From the NCBI GenBank assembly GCA_021825585.1, contig JAKAGT010000008.1, forward strand, positions 53,513 through 117,512: DNA of 64,000 bases. The letters are read 5' to 3'. The first letter of the stretch is position 1. Each line of letters opens with the position of its first letter. Shown piece by piece: positions 52,326 to 61,068 of the stretch. The position numbers were made by a program, and so were the translations under genes. Below the pieces are notes generated by a model. It had not been told where the DNA came from, searched no databases, and saw only the letters and a program-made list of their open reading frames with translations. The stretch is from Bacteroidota bacterium (GTDB lineage: Bacteria > Bacteroidota > Ignavibacteria > Kryptoniales > JAKASW01).

Positions 52326-52808
52326 TCAGCCGGAGTGCATGACCTCGACGATCCTTTTGATGATGTTCGTGGTTGATTTACCATCCAGGTATTTCATGGT
52401 GACCACCTTGCCGCCCCGCGCCTCGACAATATCCCTGCCCACCACATCTTCCGCTTTCCAATCGGCACCCTTGACCAACACGTCCGGCTGCAGGAGCTTT
52501 ATGGTTTCATATGGGGTGTCTTCATTAAAGATGCAGACATAATCCACGCTCTTGAGGTTGGCGACGACAAAGGAGCGGTCCGTTTCACCGATTATCGGCC
52601 GCTTCGGACCCTTTATCCTGTGCACGCTTTCGTCCCCGTTTATCGCCACGACCAGAACGTCTCCAAGTTCCCTGGCCCGCCGGAGGTAGTCGACATGGCC
52701 GATATGAACTATATCGAAGACCCCGTTTGTAAATACAATTTTCTTTCCGCCTTTTTGAAGTTTCCGCAGTATCGTCGCCAGCTCTTCGCGCTTCAGAATA
52801 TTAGACAT
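52326..52808 (-). CDS. rfaE2: D-glycero-beta-D-manno-heptose 1-phosphate adenylyltransferase
   Basis: FTNGVFDIVHIGH, KGPKRP, PDVLVKGAD, STT; ATG 52808 after GGAG. Confidence 0.92.
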   Translation of the reverse strand: MSNILKREELATILRKLQKGGKKIVFTNGVFDIVHIGHVDYLRRARELGDVLVVAINGDESVHRIKGPKRPIIGETDRSFVVANLKSVDYVCIFNEDTPYETIKLLQPDVLVKGADWKAEDVVGRDIVEARGGKVVTMKYLDGKSTTNIIKRIVEVMHSG

Positions 52809-52831
52809 CAGATTACTCCTGGGTAAACCTG

Positions 52832-53836
52832 CTAGAGCAGTGATTTCGAGTCGTTGAGTACTTCCGTAAACAGCCGGTCTTTGTCGACCGGTGCGATGCC
52901 AACCTCGCCGCAAACAATGCCGCCCGCGTGATTGGCTATGGCAGCCGCTTCCTTAACGCTGGCACCCGACACCAGGGCAACTGTAAGCGCGGAAATTACC
53001 GTGTCGCCTGCACCCGACACGTCGGCGACCTTTCTTGCCTTCGTGGGAAAGTGAGTCGGGCTCCCGTCACCCTCGACAAGCGTCATACCCTTCTCGCCGC
53101 GGGTGAGGAGAACGTTCTCACATTGCAGCCGATTCAACAGCTCCCTTGCGGCCTTCACGGCATCTTCATCCGATCCCGCAGGGAGACCAAGTGCACCCTC
53201 AGCCTCCTTTCTGTTCGGCTTGAAGAGTGTGACCTGTTTATACTCGAAAAAGTTGGCTTGCTTTGGATCGACACTTATCACTTTATCTTTGCTTCGGGCC
53301 ATGCCGATCACATCAGAAAGCAGATCCTTCGTCAGCATCCCTTTGTTGTAGTCTTCCAGGAGCACCGCATCAATCTCACCCGACATCGAATTCAAAATCT
53401 CCATTACGCGGCGCCGTATCTTCCCGTCAATTCCCCTGCTCACTTCATAGTCCATCCTTACAACATGCTGACTGTGGGCGATCACCCTCGTCTTAACAGT
53501 CGTCGGCCTGTCCTGGTCCGTGATAATGCCCTCTTTGGACAGCCCCATCTCGTCCAGGATGTGCCTGATCTTTTCGCCGGCCTCATCCTGGCCGACGATG
53601 CCGAACAAAACCGGTTCCGCACCGAGCGACTTTATATTGTTTGCGACGTTCGCCGCTCCGCCGAGGCGGGCAGACTCGCTGTCTACCTGCAGTACTGGAA
53701 CGGGTGCCTCCGGGGAAATGCGAGAGACGCTCCCCCACACGTATTTGTCAAGCATCAAGTCGCCGAGAACCACGACTCTTTTACCACTGAAATTATCGAA
53801 GAGAGACTTCAATCTCTCAGGCTTGAAACCACTCAA
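52832..53836 (-). CDS. rfaE1: D-glycero-beta-D-manno-heptose-7-phosphate kinase
   Basis: GDLMLD, RISPEAPVPV, GGAANVA, DYNKG, DVSGAGDT. Confidence 0.93.
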   Translation of the reverse strand: MSGFKPERLKSLFDNFSGKRVVVLGDLMLDKYVWGSVSRISPEAPVPVLQVDSESARLGGAANVANNIKSLGAEPVLFGIVGQDEAGEKIRHILDEMGLSKEGIITDQDRPTTVKTRVIAHSQHVVRMDYEVSRGIDGKIRRRVMEILNSMSGEIDAVLLEDYNKGMLTKDLLSDVIGMARSKDKVISVDPKQANFFEYKQVTLFKPNRKEAEGALGLPAGSDEDAVKAARELLNRLQCENVLLTRGEKGMTLVEGDGSPTHFPTKARKVADVSGAGDTVISALTVALVSGASVKEAAAIANHAGGIVCGEVGIAPVDKDRLFTEVLNDSKSLL

Positions 53837-53857
53837 CAGAAATCTCCATTTTTCTGT

Positions 53858-53886
53858 AATTTACGGCTGTCGCGAGTTAAGAGCAA
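53858..53886 (-). promoter_or_regulatory. Promoter of rfaE1-rfaE2-tamB
   Basis: TTGCTC-17bp-TAAATT, then GGAG SD. Confidence 0.55.
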
Positions 53887-54083
53887 TTGCATTCTGCAAC
53901 ACGAACGCCAGAATATGGCGCCAAATCGCCCGATCTCTCCGGAGTGCTGCATGGATCAACGGGGTGGAAATGTCATAGCGCCATTGGAAGCTCAGTTAAG
54001 GCTTCCAGACTTCATCAGTGCACCGCTCTGTTGCAGGGATTAAGCAGAACGGCACCCGCGCATGACCTGTCTGCCAGTGTTGC

Positions 54084-57083
54084 CTAGCCGATTACCTCAT
54101 GGACTGTACTCAGAAGCTTCTCTCCGGTGAACGGTTTGCTCATGAATGAATCTGCGAGCTCGAAGAATGGCCCGGTGATCTCTTCCTGCAAACCGCTTGT
54201 CGCAATTATCTTCACTTCCGCCCTGATTCGTTTCAATGCGGGGATTGCCGCTTTGCCATCCATGACAGGCATCATGTTGTCGATGATAATTGCCCGCACA
54301 TTGCCCATATTTTTGACAAAAGCCGCGATTGCCTCCGCCCCATCCCCGGCGACAATGACCTGATATCCGTAGGCTTCCAGAGTTGCCCTGGCGATTTCGC
54401 GAATGGAAGACTCGTCATCTACAACCAGAATCATTTCCCCGTGGCCGACATATTGGTCAGCACTCGACTCGAGCGGGGAAACCGTTTCAACCTTCTCCGA
54501 AGCAGGAAGATACACTTTGAATGTGCTGCCAAAATTTACCTCACTCGATACGGTTATAAATCCGCCGTTTCCTTTGACGAGTGCAACTGCCGTAGATAGG
54601 CCCAGTCCAGTTCCTTGACCGAGTGCTTTTGTCGTGAAAAACGGCTCGAATATTTTGTCGAGCAGCCCCGGCGGGATCCCTGTACCCGTGTCCGTAACGG
54701 ATATGACTACATACTTTCCGGGTTTCGCATCGATACTTACCTGATTGCAATTCTCGCCAAGCGTTTGGTTCTCTGCCCCGATCGTTAAGGTCCCCCCTTC
54801 CGGCATGGCATCTCTCGCATTCAAGCAGAGGTTCAGAATGATCTGGTGGATATGGGTCGCGTCTCCCATAACGGTCCATAAATTTCTGGAGATAGACTGT
54901 TCAAAGCGAATTGACTTTGGAAAGGTGGCGCCTGCAATGTTGACCACTTCCCCCAGTATGTGTCGGGGTTGGAGGACTATCCTCTCCCCTCCAGCTCCCC
55001 GGCCGAACATCAATATCTGACGTATCATGTCCGATCCGCGCTGGGCGCTGGACTCCATCGTCTGGAGTATTTCGAGACTTTGCGGATCCCCCGATCCCAG
55101 CTTCAATGTCCTGATAGACATCATGATTGGTGAGAGCACATTGTTGAGGTCGTGAGCAATCCCACCGGCGAGGGCGCCGATGCTCTCGAGCCGCTGGGCT
55201 CGTATGAACTGGGCCTCCAGTTTCTTCTTCTCAGTCACGTCGGTGCAAACCATCATGATGGACTTTGATATTCCAATGCTGTCTGTCAGCAGCTTGCACC
55301 GGCAATCCAGGATTATTTCGACACCCCTTCGGTCACGCGCCTTCGTCTCGCCCGCCCACTCGCCATCTTCTCTCACCGTCCCGGCAATCTCGAGGATCTG
55401 GCGCGGCTCGACATCCTTCAGAATGTCTCCCAGTTTCCTGCCGAGAGTCTCTTCGGAGCTCCATCCGAACATGCGGGAAGCTCCTTCATTCCAGTATGTC
55501 ACAAGCCCGTCAACCGTTTCCAGAATAATCGCATCCTGCGATCTGTTGAGCAATGCCGCCTGTTCCCTGATTTTTTCTTCTGACTGCTTGTGCTCGATTG
55601 CAGCGGCAATTTGTCCCGATAACAGAGACAGGAGTTCTTTTTCCGAATCACCAAACCTGACATCTTGTGAAAAATTCTGGATGCCAAGCACCCCTACCGT
55701 TCCGGAGGCCGTCTTCAACGGAACAGCTACCCAATCGAGGGGCATCATCTGATTCCTTTCGGATTTCCCCTTATCTACTCGCCGAAGCATTTCATGGACA
55801 GTCAAAGCCGAAGGTCCGCTGTTCATCATGACCTGTTCGTTGAACGCATTGAACCCGGGTTGGTCCTCCGGCAGATCGTAGGACTCATTGACATAATACG
55901 GACAAACGAACGAGCCGGTCAAAGCATCGCGAAGGACGACGTAGAAATTTCTCGATGGCACTAGTTCGCTCATCACATCCCGGATCGCTCCGCAGAGGTC
56001 CGTAAGGTTCTCAGAGGCGCGCGTGACTTCGGAGAGCCTATACAGAACGCCTTGAAGCGCTTCAGAGCGCCGCCTTTCTGTCATGTCTCTTGCAACCCCG
56101 ACGAATCCGACAACCTGTCCGGCCTCTGCAACGACGGTCATCGACAGGTTCATTGGTACCTTCTTGCCGTTTTTAGAAAACACGTCTACATCGATGACCG
56201 TTTCGTCTTCCTTCCCGATGAGCGCAAGGTCTCTGTAAGAACTTATGATTTCCTTCTGATCGGTGATTTCCATCAGGTTCTTGCCCGCCAAATCTCCACT
56301 CTCATATCCGAGTGTGGCGGCGGAACCGCCGCGAACAAGCTGAATGTTCAGATTATCATCCATCCGGAGAAGAACATCGCTCATGAACGTCAATGCCGAC
56401 TTCATGGCATCGAGCGCTGTATTCACGATTATCCTGTGCCTGAAGACGAAGTACAACGAGGCCACCAAAGATATCAGGGAAGTGAATATGTACGGTTCGT
56501 TGCTGCCTGGAAAGAATGCAGAGAATATCGACTCGGTGAACGGGCCGGGGAGCAGGAGGAGCAGCATCGCAAACCCGGCTACGATCAGGTTCCCCTTCAT
56601 CCCCTTATCGGTAAAACCCTTCAGGAGTGTAAAAAGCAAAGCGATACCTATGCTGAACGCAACCGACATCCATATTACAAGAAAGAGAGAACCGTTGACG
56701 GAGAATCCAGCCCCGCCGATTACCGGCTTGGGGATAAGCCCGAGGAGTTCAAGAGTGTAACTGAAAAGACCGGCAAAGTAGATCGCAAAGATCGCGAGAG
56801 GAGGGTGCAGCAGCTCCTCGCGCCGGACCATGATGATCATAAAATGAAGGAAGAAAAACGGAAATACCGCGAAGAGAAACGCCCCGACGGAGCTCAATAC
56901 GGCAGCACCTGTCCGGGACGCGACTACCGCCGCTAATAGACCGGTCGCCCCGAATAAAATAAGGCAGGCGACTAAGAAGAGATAAAACTTCACCACGACG
57001 CTCCTGGGCGCCTTGAAGTAGATAATCAGGGCGAGGAGTAGGTTCGCAGCTGCGTAACCGATAGAGACATATTCGTATAGCAT
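54084..57083 (-). CDS. Hybrid sensor kinase: N-terminal ~7TM, PAS, GAF, PAS, HisKA, HATPase, REC
   Basis: About 7 hydrophobic segments; RDMTERRR and DVTEKKK PAC ends; GGIAHDLNN; NARDAM; FEPFFTTK; LVVDDE receiver. Confidence 0.9.
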   Translation of the reverse strand: MLYEYVSIGYAAANLLLALIIYFKAPRSVVVKFYLFLVACLILFGATGLLAAVVASRTGAAVLSSVGAFLFAVFPFFFLHFMIIMVRREELLHPPLAIFAIYFAGLFSYTLELLGLIPKPVIGGAGFSVNGSLFLVIWMSVAFSIGIALLFTLLKGFTDKGMKGNLIVAGFAMLLLLLPGPFTESIFSAFFPGSNEPYIFTSLISLVASLYFVFRHRIIVNTALDAMKSALTFMSDVLLRMDDNLNIQLVRGGSAATLGYESGDLAGKNLMEITDQKEIISSYRDLALIGKEDETVIDVDVFSKNGKKVPMNLSMTVVAEAGQVVGFVGVARDMTERRRSEALQGVLYRLSEVTRASENLTDLCGAIRDVMSELVPSRNFYVVLRDALTGSFVCPYYVNESYDLPEDQPGFNAFNEQVMMNSGPSALTVHEMLRRVDKGKSERNQMMPLDWVAVPLKTASGTVGVLGIQNFSQDVRFGDSEKELLSLLSGQIAAAIEHKQSEEKIREQAALLNRSQDAIILETVDGLVTYWNEGASRMFGWSSEETLGRKLGDILKDVEPRQILEIAGTVREDGEWAGETKARDRRGVEIILDCRCKLLTDSIGISKSIMMVCTDVTEKKKLEAQFIRAQRLESIGALAGGIAHDLNNVLSPIMMSIRTLKLGSGDPQSLEILQTMESSAQRGSDMIRQILMFGRGAGGERIVLQPRHILGEVVNIAGATFPKSIRFEQSISRNLWTVMGDATHIHQIILNLCLNARDAMPEGGTLTIGAENQTLGENCNQVSIDAKPGKYVVISVTDTGTGIPPGLLDKIFEPFFTTKALGQGTGLGLSTAVALVKGNGGFITVSSEVNFGSTFKVYLPASEKVETVSPLESSADQYVGHGEMILVVDDESSIREIARATLEAYGYQVIVAGDGAEAIAAFVKNMGNVRAIIIDNMMPVMDGKAAIPALKRIRAEVKIIATSGLQEEITGPFFELADSFMSKPFTGEKLLSTVHEVIG

Positions 57084-57100
57084 CCCACGGCCTCCTGTAC

Positions 57101-57225
57101 AAAAAGATCGAGAAAATGGATTCCGCTTTTAAATGCAAACGTGCGATTTCCGTCGAATTGCGCGAAGCCTCCTGAACACACCTCTGCACGAACGCACCGG
57201 AATCCCGGAATCTCAAAATGATCTT
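57101..57225 (-). ncRNA. Candidate structured 5' leader RNA
   Basis: Nested complementary helices (see findings), between the predicted promoter and the AGGAGG SD. Confidence 0.4.
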
Positions 57226-57244
57226 CGCTAGCCGACTTTGAATA

Positions 57245-57273
57245 AATATATATACCCCATAAACGTTCCGCAA
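57245..57273 (-). promoter_or_regulatory. Promoter of the hybrid kinase
   Basis: TTGCGG-17bp-TATATT. Confidence 0.55.
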
Positions 57274-57388
57274 TGCTGTTCCCCGATCTATCTGTCACGA
57301 GGCACCGGCAGCATTTCCCATACACGGGATTCCGCGGAGGCAGATAACAACCCGCCGACGTATCTGCAATCGCCAATCAAAACTCGGC

Positions 57389-57417
57389 TTGTGTGAAGTT
57401 ATCTGAGAATCTATCTT
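57389..57417 (+). promoter_or_regulatory. Promoter of the GNAT gene (leaderless-type spacing)
   Basis: TTGTGT-17bp-TATCTT, ending 6 nt before ATG 57424. Confidence 0.55.
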
Positions 57418-57423
57418 ATCGTG

Positions 57424-58014
57424 ATGATCGAAAGCTTCAATTCTCTCAGATTGTTCGGGGCAACAACCGTCCTTCGCTCGGTCGACCTCGACGATACAGG
57501 CAGACTGTTCTCCATGATCGAAAATTCGCGCGAGCACTTGCAGAAGTGGTTGCCATGGATAGACTTCGTTCACTCGCTGGAAGATGAGCGTCACATTGTT
57601 GAACAATGGATCTACGATATGCAGATGAGGAGCGCGATACATTTGTGCATCACAGTCGGAGACAATCTGGTCGGATTCATCAGCACGCACCAAATCGACT
57701 GGATTAATCAAAGGACAAGCGTCGGTTACTGGGTCGAACGGTCGAGTATCAGGAAGAACTTCGCCACTGAAGCAACAGCAGTCCTTCTCGATTACCTTTT
57801 CGAGGACCTGAAGCTCCACAGGGTGTTCATTCAGGCAGCCACGGAAAACGCTGCAAGCAACAGGGTCATAAAGAAGGTCGGCTTCAAATGGGAAGGCGTC
57901 CTCAGAGAAAACGAACGGATCAGGGACCGTTATTGGGATCACAACATCTACGGAATGACACAGGGCGACTTCCAGAGTTTGAAGGATGTCCTCTCGCCTT
58001 ATCTTGGAAAGTAG
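57424..58014 (+). CDS. GNAT acetyltransferase, RimJ/RimL family
   Basis: SREHLQKWLPW, VGYW, LKLHRV, ENAAS..V..KVGF..EGVLRE. Confidence 0.9.
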   Translation: MIESFNSLRLFGATTVLRSVDLDDTGRLFSMIENSREHLQKWLPWIDFVHSLEDERHIVEQWIYDMQMRSAIHLCITVGDNLVGFISTHQIDWINQRTSVGYWVERSSIRKNFATEATAVLLDYLFEDLKLHRVFIQAATENAASNRVIKKVGFKWEGVLRENERIRDRYWDHNIYGMTQGDFQSLKDVLSPYLGK

Positions 58015-58064
58015 TCCTCCTGCTGAATCAGGGCTCAACCTTCCGCATCCGGGGAGCAGTTCAC

Positions 58065-59858
58065 TCACAGGGCATACTTATCATCTTCCGCCAGTTTATC
58101 GGCGATGGCCCTCCTGATATATGCCGAGTTAATCGGCGTGTATTTGAGGAGGCGCCGCACGGCGGTCAGGTACGTTCGGAGAGTATCGCCCTCCGCTATC
58201 ACAGTCAGTGCGGCCTTTGCATGACTTTCGACGCGTTCGATCGCCTCGTACACAAATGCCCGTGCAAGGTCAGCGAAAAATGCGGTGTTCGCGGCTCCGC
58301 CCTGTTCCATCTTCCTGACGCGCAGAAGCACGCTCTCCATCGCGTATGCCTCCATCGCGATGTCGCTTATGTGCCATATTACCTCCTGTTCGTGCTCCAG
58401 CTTGTCCATATACTTCTGAAAAGCAGCGCCGGAAACAAGGAGACCGATCTTCTTCGCATTTGCCGCGAGGTTCATCTCGTCCGAAAGGAGACCTTCGAAC
58501 GCCGATTCGCCGGCAGAGAATGAGATTACCTCATCCATAAGCTTCTGGGCGGCGGCCATGAGCGGAAGCTCTCCCTTCATCGCCCGGCGGATCAGCATCG
58601 ACGGGATGAGTAGCCGGTTGATTTCGTTCGTGCCTTCGAAAATTCTGTTTATGCGGGAGTCGCGATATGGCCTCGCGACGGGATATTCTTCGGTGAAACC
58701 GTACCCGCCGAAAATCTGCACCCCTTCATCTACCACGTAGTCCAGAATCTCGGAGGCGTAGACTTTTATTATGCTGCATTCAACGGCATACTCCTCTATT
58801 CCCTTCAAAGTGAGTACGGAAGACCCGGGACTCTTCTTATCGACGTTCTGCAGTATCGAATCAATGAGACCAGCAGTCCTGTAAACCATTGTCTCGCCGA
58901 CAAACGCTCTGATAGCCATTTCGCCGAGTTTGTGCTTTATCATTCCGAATGAGATGATAGGGACCTGAAACTGCTTTCGTGTCTTGGCATATTTCACCGA
59001 TTCCGTGATCACTGCCTTCGCCCCGCCGATTACACTCGCTCCCAGTTTGAATCTTCCGACATTGAGAATATTCAGCGCTACCCTGTGTCCCTTGCCTATT
59101 TCTCCTATCACGTTTCCGGCAGGCACCTCCACGTTGTCAAGGTTCAGTGCGCGGGTGGAAGAGCCCTTGATCCCCATCTTCTTTTCTTCCTTGCCGAGCG
59201 AAATCCCCTTGAAATCCTTTTCCAGGATGAACGAAGTGAACTTGTCACCGCCGACCTGTGCGAATGTTATGTACACATCTGCGAACCCGGCGTTGGAAAG
59301 CCACATCTTCGTACCGTTAAGGGTGTAATGTTCCCCATCAGGAGAAGGCATGGCTACGGTTTTTGCAGAGAGTGCGTCGCTTCCCGAACCGGGTTCTGAC
59401 AGGGAATATGAGGAGATCAGTTCTGCCGTGGCAAATTTCGGAAGGTACTTCTTCTTCTGCTCTTCCGTCCCGAAATACACTATCGGAAGTGTGCCTATGC
59501 CGGTGTGCGCGCCATGGCTAACCGCGAACGCGCCTGCCTTCCCGAGATTTTCAGCAACAAGCATCGAGCTTGTCTTATCGAGCCCGAGGCCGCCGTATTC
59601 TTCCGGGATATCAACGGAAAGTAGCCCTATCTCGCCCGCTTTCCTGAGGAGTTTCACGGAGAGTTCGTATTTCAACTCTTCGAGCTTATCGACATTTGGC
59701 ATGACCTCGTGGTCGACGAAATCTCTCGTCGTGTCGGCTATCATCTTGTGCTGTTCACTGAAATCCTCAGGGGTAAAGATCTCTTCCGGCTTAGAGTCTT
59801 CGATAAGAAAGCTTCCGCCCTTTTTGTAATTCAGTGTCTGTTTCTGGACCGTTTCCAT
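58065..59858 (-). CDS. fadE: Acyl-CoA dehydrogenase (B. subtilis FadE-like)
   Basis: GGSFLI, AHTGIGTLP, LSEPGSGSDA, KMGIKGSST, QIFGGYG, RIFEGTNEINR. Confidence 0.9.
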   Translation of the reverse strand: METVQKQTLNYKKGGSFLIEDSKPEEIFTPEDFSEQHKMIADTTRDFVDHEVMPNVDKLEELKYELSVKLLRKAGEIGLLSVDIPEEYGGLGLDKTSSMLVAENLGKAGAFAVSHGAHTGIGTLPIVYFGTEEQKKKYLPKFATAELISSYSLSEPGSGSDALSAKTVAMPSPDGEHYTLNGTKMWLSNAGFADVYITFAQVGGDKFTSFILEKDFKGISLGKEEKKMGIKGSSTRALNLDNVEVPAGNVIGEIGKGHRVALNILNVGRFKLGASVIGGAKAVITESVKYAKTRKQFQVPIISFGMIKHKLGEMAIRAFVGETMVYRTAGLIDSILQNVDKKSPGSSVLTLKGIEEYAVECSIIKVYASEILDYVVDEGVQIFGGYGFTEEYPVARPYRDSRINRIFEGTNEINRLLIPSMLIRRAMKGELPLMAAAQKLMDEVISFSAGESAFEGLLSDEMNLAANAKKIGLLVSGAAFQKYMDKLEHEQEVIWHISDIAMEAYAMESVLLRVRKMEQGGAANTAFFADLARAFVYEAIERVESHAKAALTVIAEGDTLRTYLTAVRRLLKYTPINSAYIRRAIADKLAEDDKYAL

Positions 59859-59868
59859 GTCGATCTCC

Positions 59869-61053
59869 TCACATTAAATTTTCGAAAATTCCCGCGGCTC
59901 CCATCCCGCCGCCGATGCACATCGTCACCATCCCATAACGGGCGTTGCGCCGCTTCATCTCGTGAAGCAGCGTCGCCGTCAGTTTGGCTCCTGTGCACCC
60001 CAACGGGTGTCCGAGCGCAACCGCTCCGCCGTTGACATTTACTTTGTTCTCGTCCATGCCGAGTTCACGGATTACTGCTACTGCCTGAGAGGCGAAAGCC
60101 TCGTTGAGTTCAATGACGTCAATGTCTTCCAGCTTAAGCCCCGCATACCGGAGAGCCTTCGGAACAGCCTTGATCGGACCGATCCCCATGATTTCGGGGG
60201 GCACTCCGGCAACTGCAAAGGAGACAAACTTTGCCATCGGCTTGAGCCCGAGTTCCCTGGCCCGCTCCGCACTCATGACAACAGAAGCCGCGGCACCGTC
60301 GCTCATCTGTGACGAGTTGCCAGCCGTCACCGTACCGCCCTGCATGAATACCGGCTTGAGCAGCGACAGCTTCTCGATGTCCGTGTCCTCACGGGGACCT
60401 TCGTCGACGCTGAAGACACTTTCCTCGACCGCATTCTTGCTCCCTTTGCGGACTTTCCGCGTGACAGTCAACGGAACTACTTCGTCGCTGAATTTTCCTC
60501 CCTTGATTGCCGCAACGGCTTTCTGGTGGCTCCGAAACGAAAACGCGTCCTGTTCCGGTCGCGAGACCTTGTATTGCACCGCAACTCGTTCGGCGGTGAT
60601 TCCCATGTTGAGGTATGCCTCCGGATTGGAATCGACGAGAGCGGGATTCGGCACGATCTTGAATCCACCCATAGGTACGAGGCTCATGGTCTCCGTACCG
60701 CCGGCGATTATCACATCGGCGAACCCCGCCATGATCCTCTCAGATGCCATCGCAATTGTCTGAAGGCCCGACGAGCAGAACCTGTTGATAGTCGCCGCCG
60801 GCACCGATACCGGCATGCCGGCTCGAATCGCTGCGATCCTTGCGACATTCATCCCCTGCTCCGCCTCAGGCATGGCACAGCCGATAAGTATGTCGTCCAC
60901 CGCCTCAGGCTCCAGGCCAGGCGTTCGCTTCACTGCAGCTTTTATCACCTCAGCCGCCATTTCGTCGGGGCGTACGTCGCGAAGCGCCCCTCTCTTCGCC
61001 TTCCCTACTGCCGTCCTCAAAGATGTTACAATTACTGCGTCGTGCATTTTCAT
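59869..61053 (-). CDS. fadA: Acetyl-CoA C-acyltransferase (thiolase)
   Basis: NRFCSSG, NEAFA, GHPLG, CIGGG. Confidence 0.93.
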   Translation of the reverse strand: MKMHDAVIVTSLRTAVGKAKRGALRDVRPDEMAAEVIKAAVKRTPGLEPEAVDDILIGCAMPEAEQGMNVARIAAIRAGMPVSVPAATINRFCSSGLQTIAMASERIMAGFADVIIAGGTETMSLVPMGGFKIVPNPALVDSNPEAYLNMGITAERVAVQYKVSRPEQDAFSFRSHQKAVAAIKGGKFSDEVVPLTVTRKVRKGSKNAVEESVFSVDEGPREDTDIEKLSLLKPVFMQGGTVTAGNSSQMSDGAAASVVMSAERARELGLKPMAKFVSFAVAGVPPEIMGIGPIKAVPKALRYAGLKLEDIDVIELNEAFASQAVAVIRELGMDENKVNVNGGAVALGHPLGCTGAKLTATLLHEMKRRNARYGMVTMCIGGGMGAAGIFENLM

Positions 61054-61068
61054 TAACCTCCTGGATTC

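Noticed and set aside
52928-54043. 371-aa plus-strand ORF, and similar long antisense ORFs (36065..36949, 56052..56936, 57295..58068)
   Set aside because: Antisense to conserved genes; expected from codon bias; no recognisable domains
53890-54083. Hairpins in the kinase-rfaE1 intergenic region
   Set aside because: They lie upstream of the rfaE1 promoter, have no U-tract or recognisable motif, and do not support an RNA call
57133-57172. GCAAAC...GAAGCCTCC resembling a c-di-GMP-I riboswitch
   Set aside because: On the wrong strand for the kinase, and lacks the GNRA tetraloop/receptor and P1 pairing
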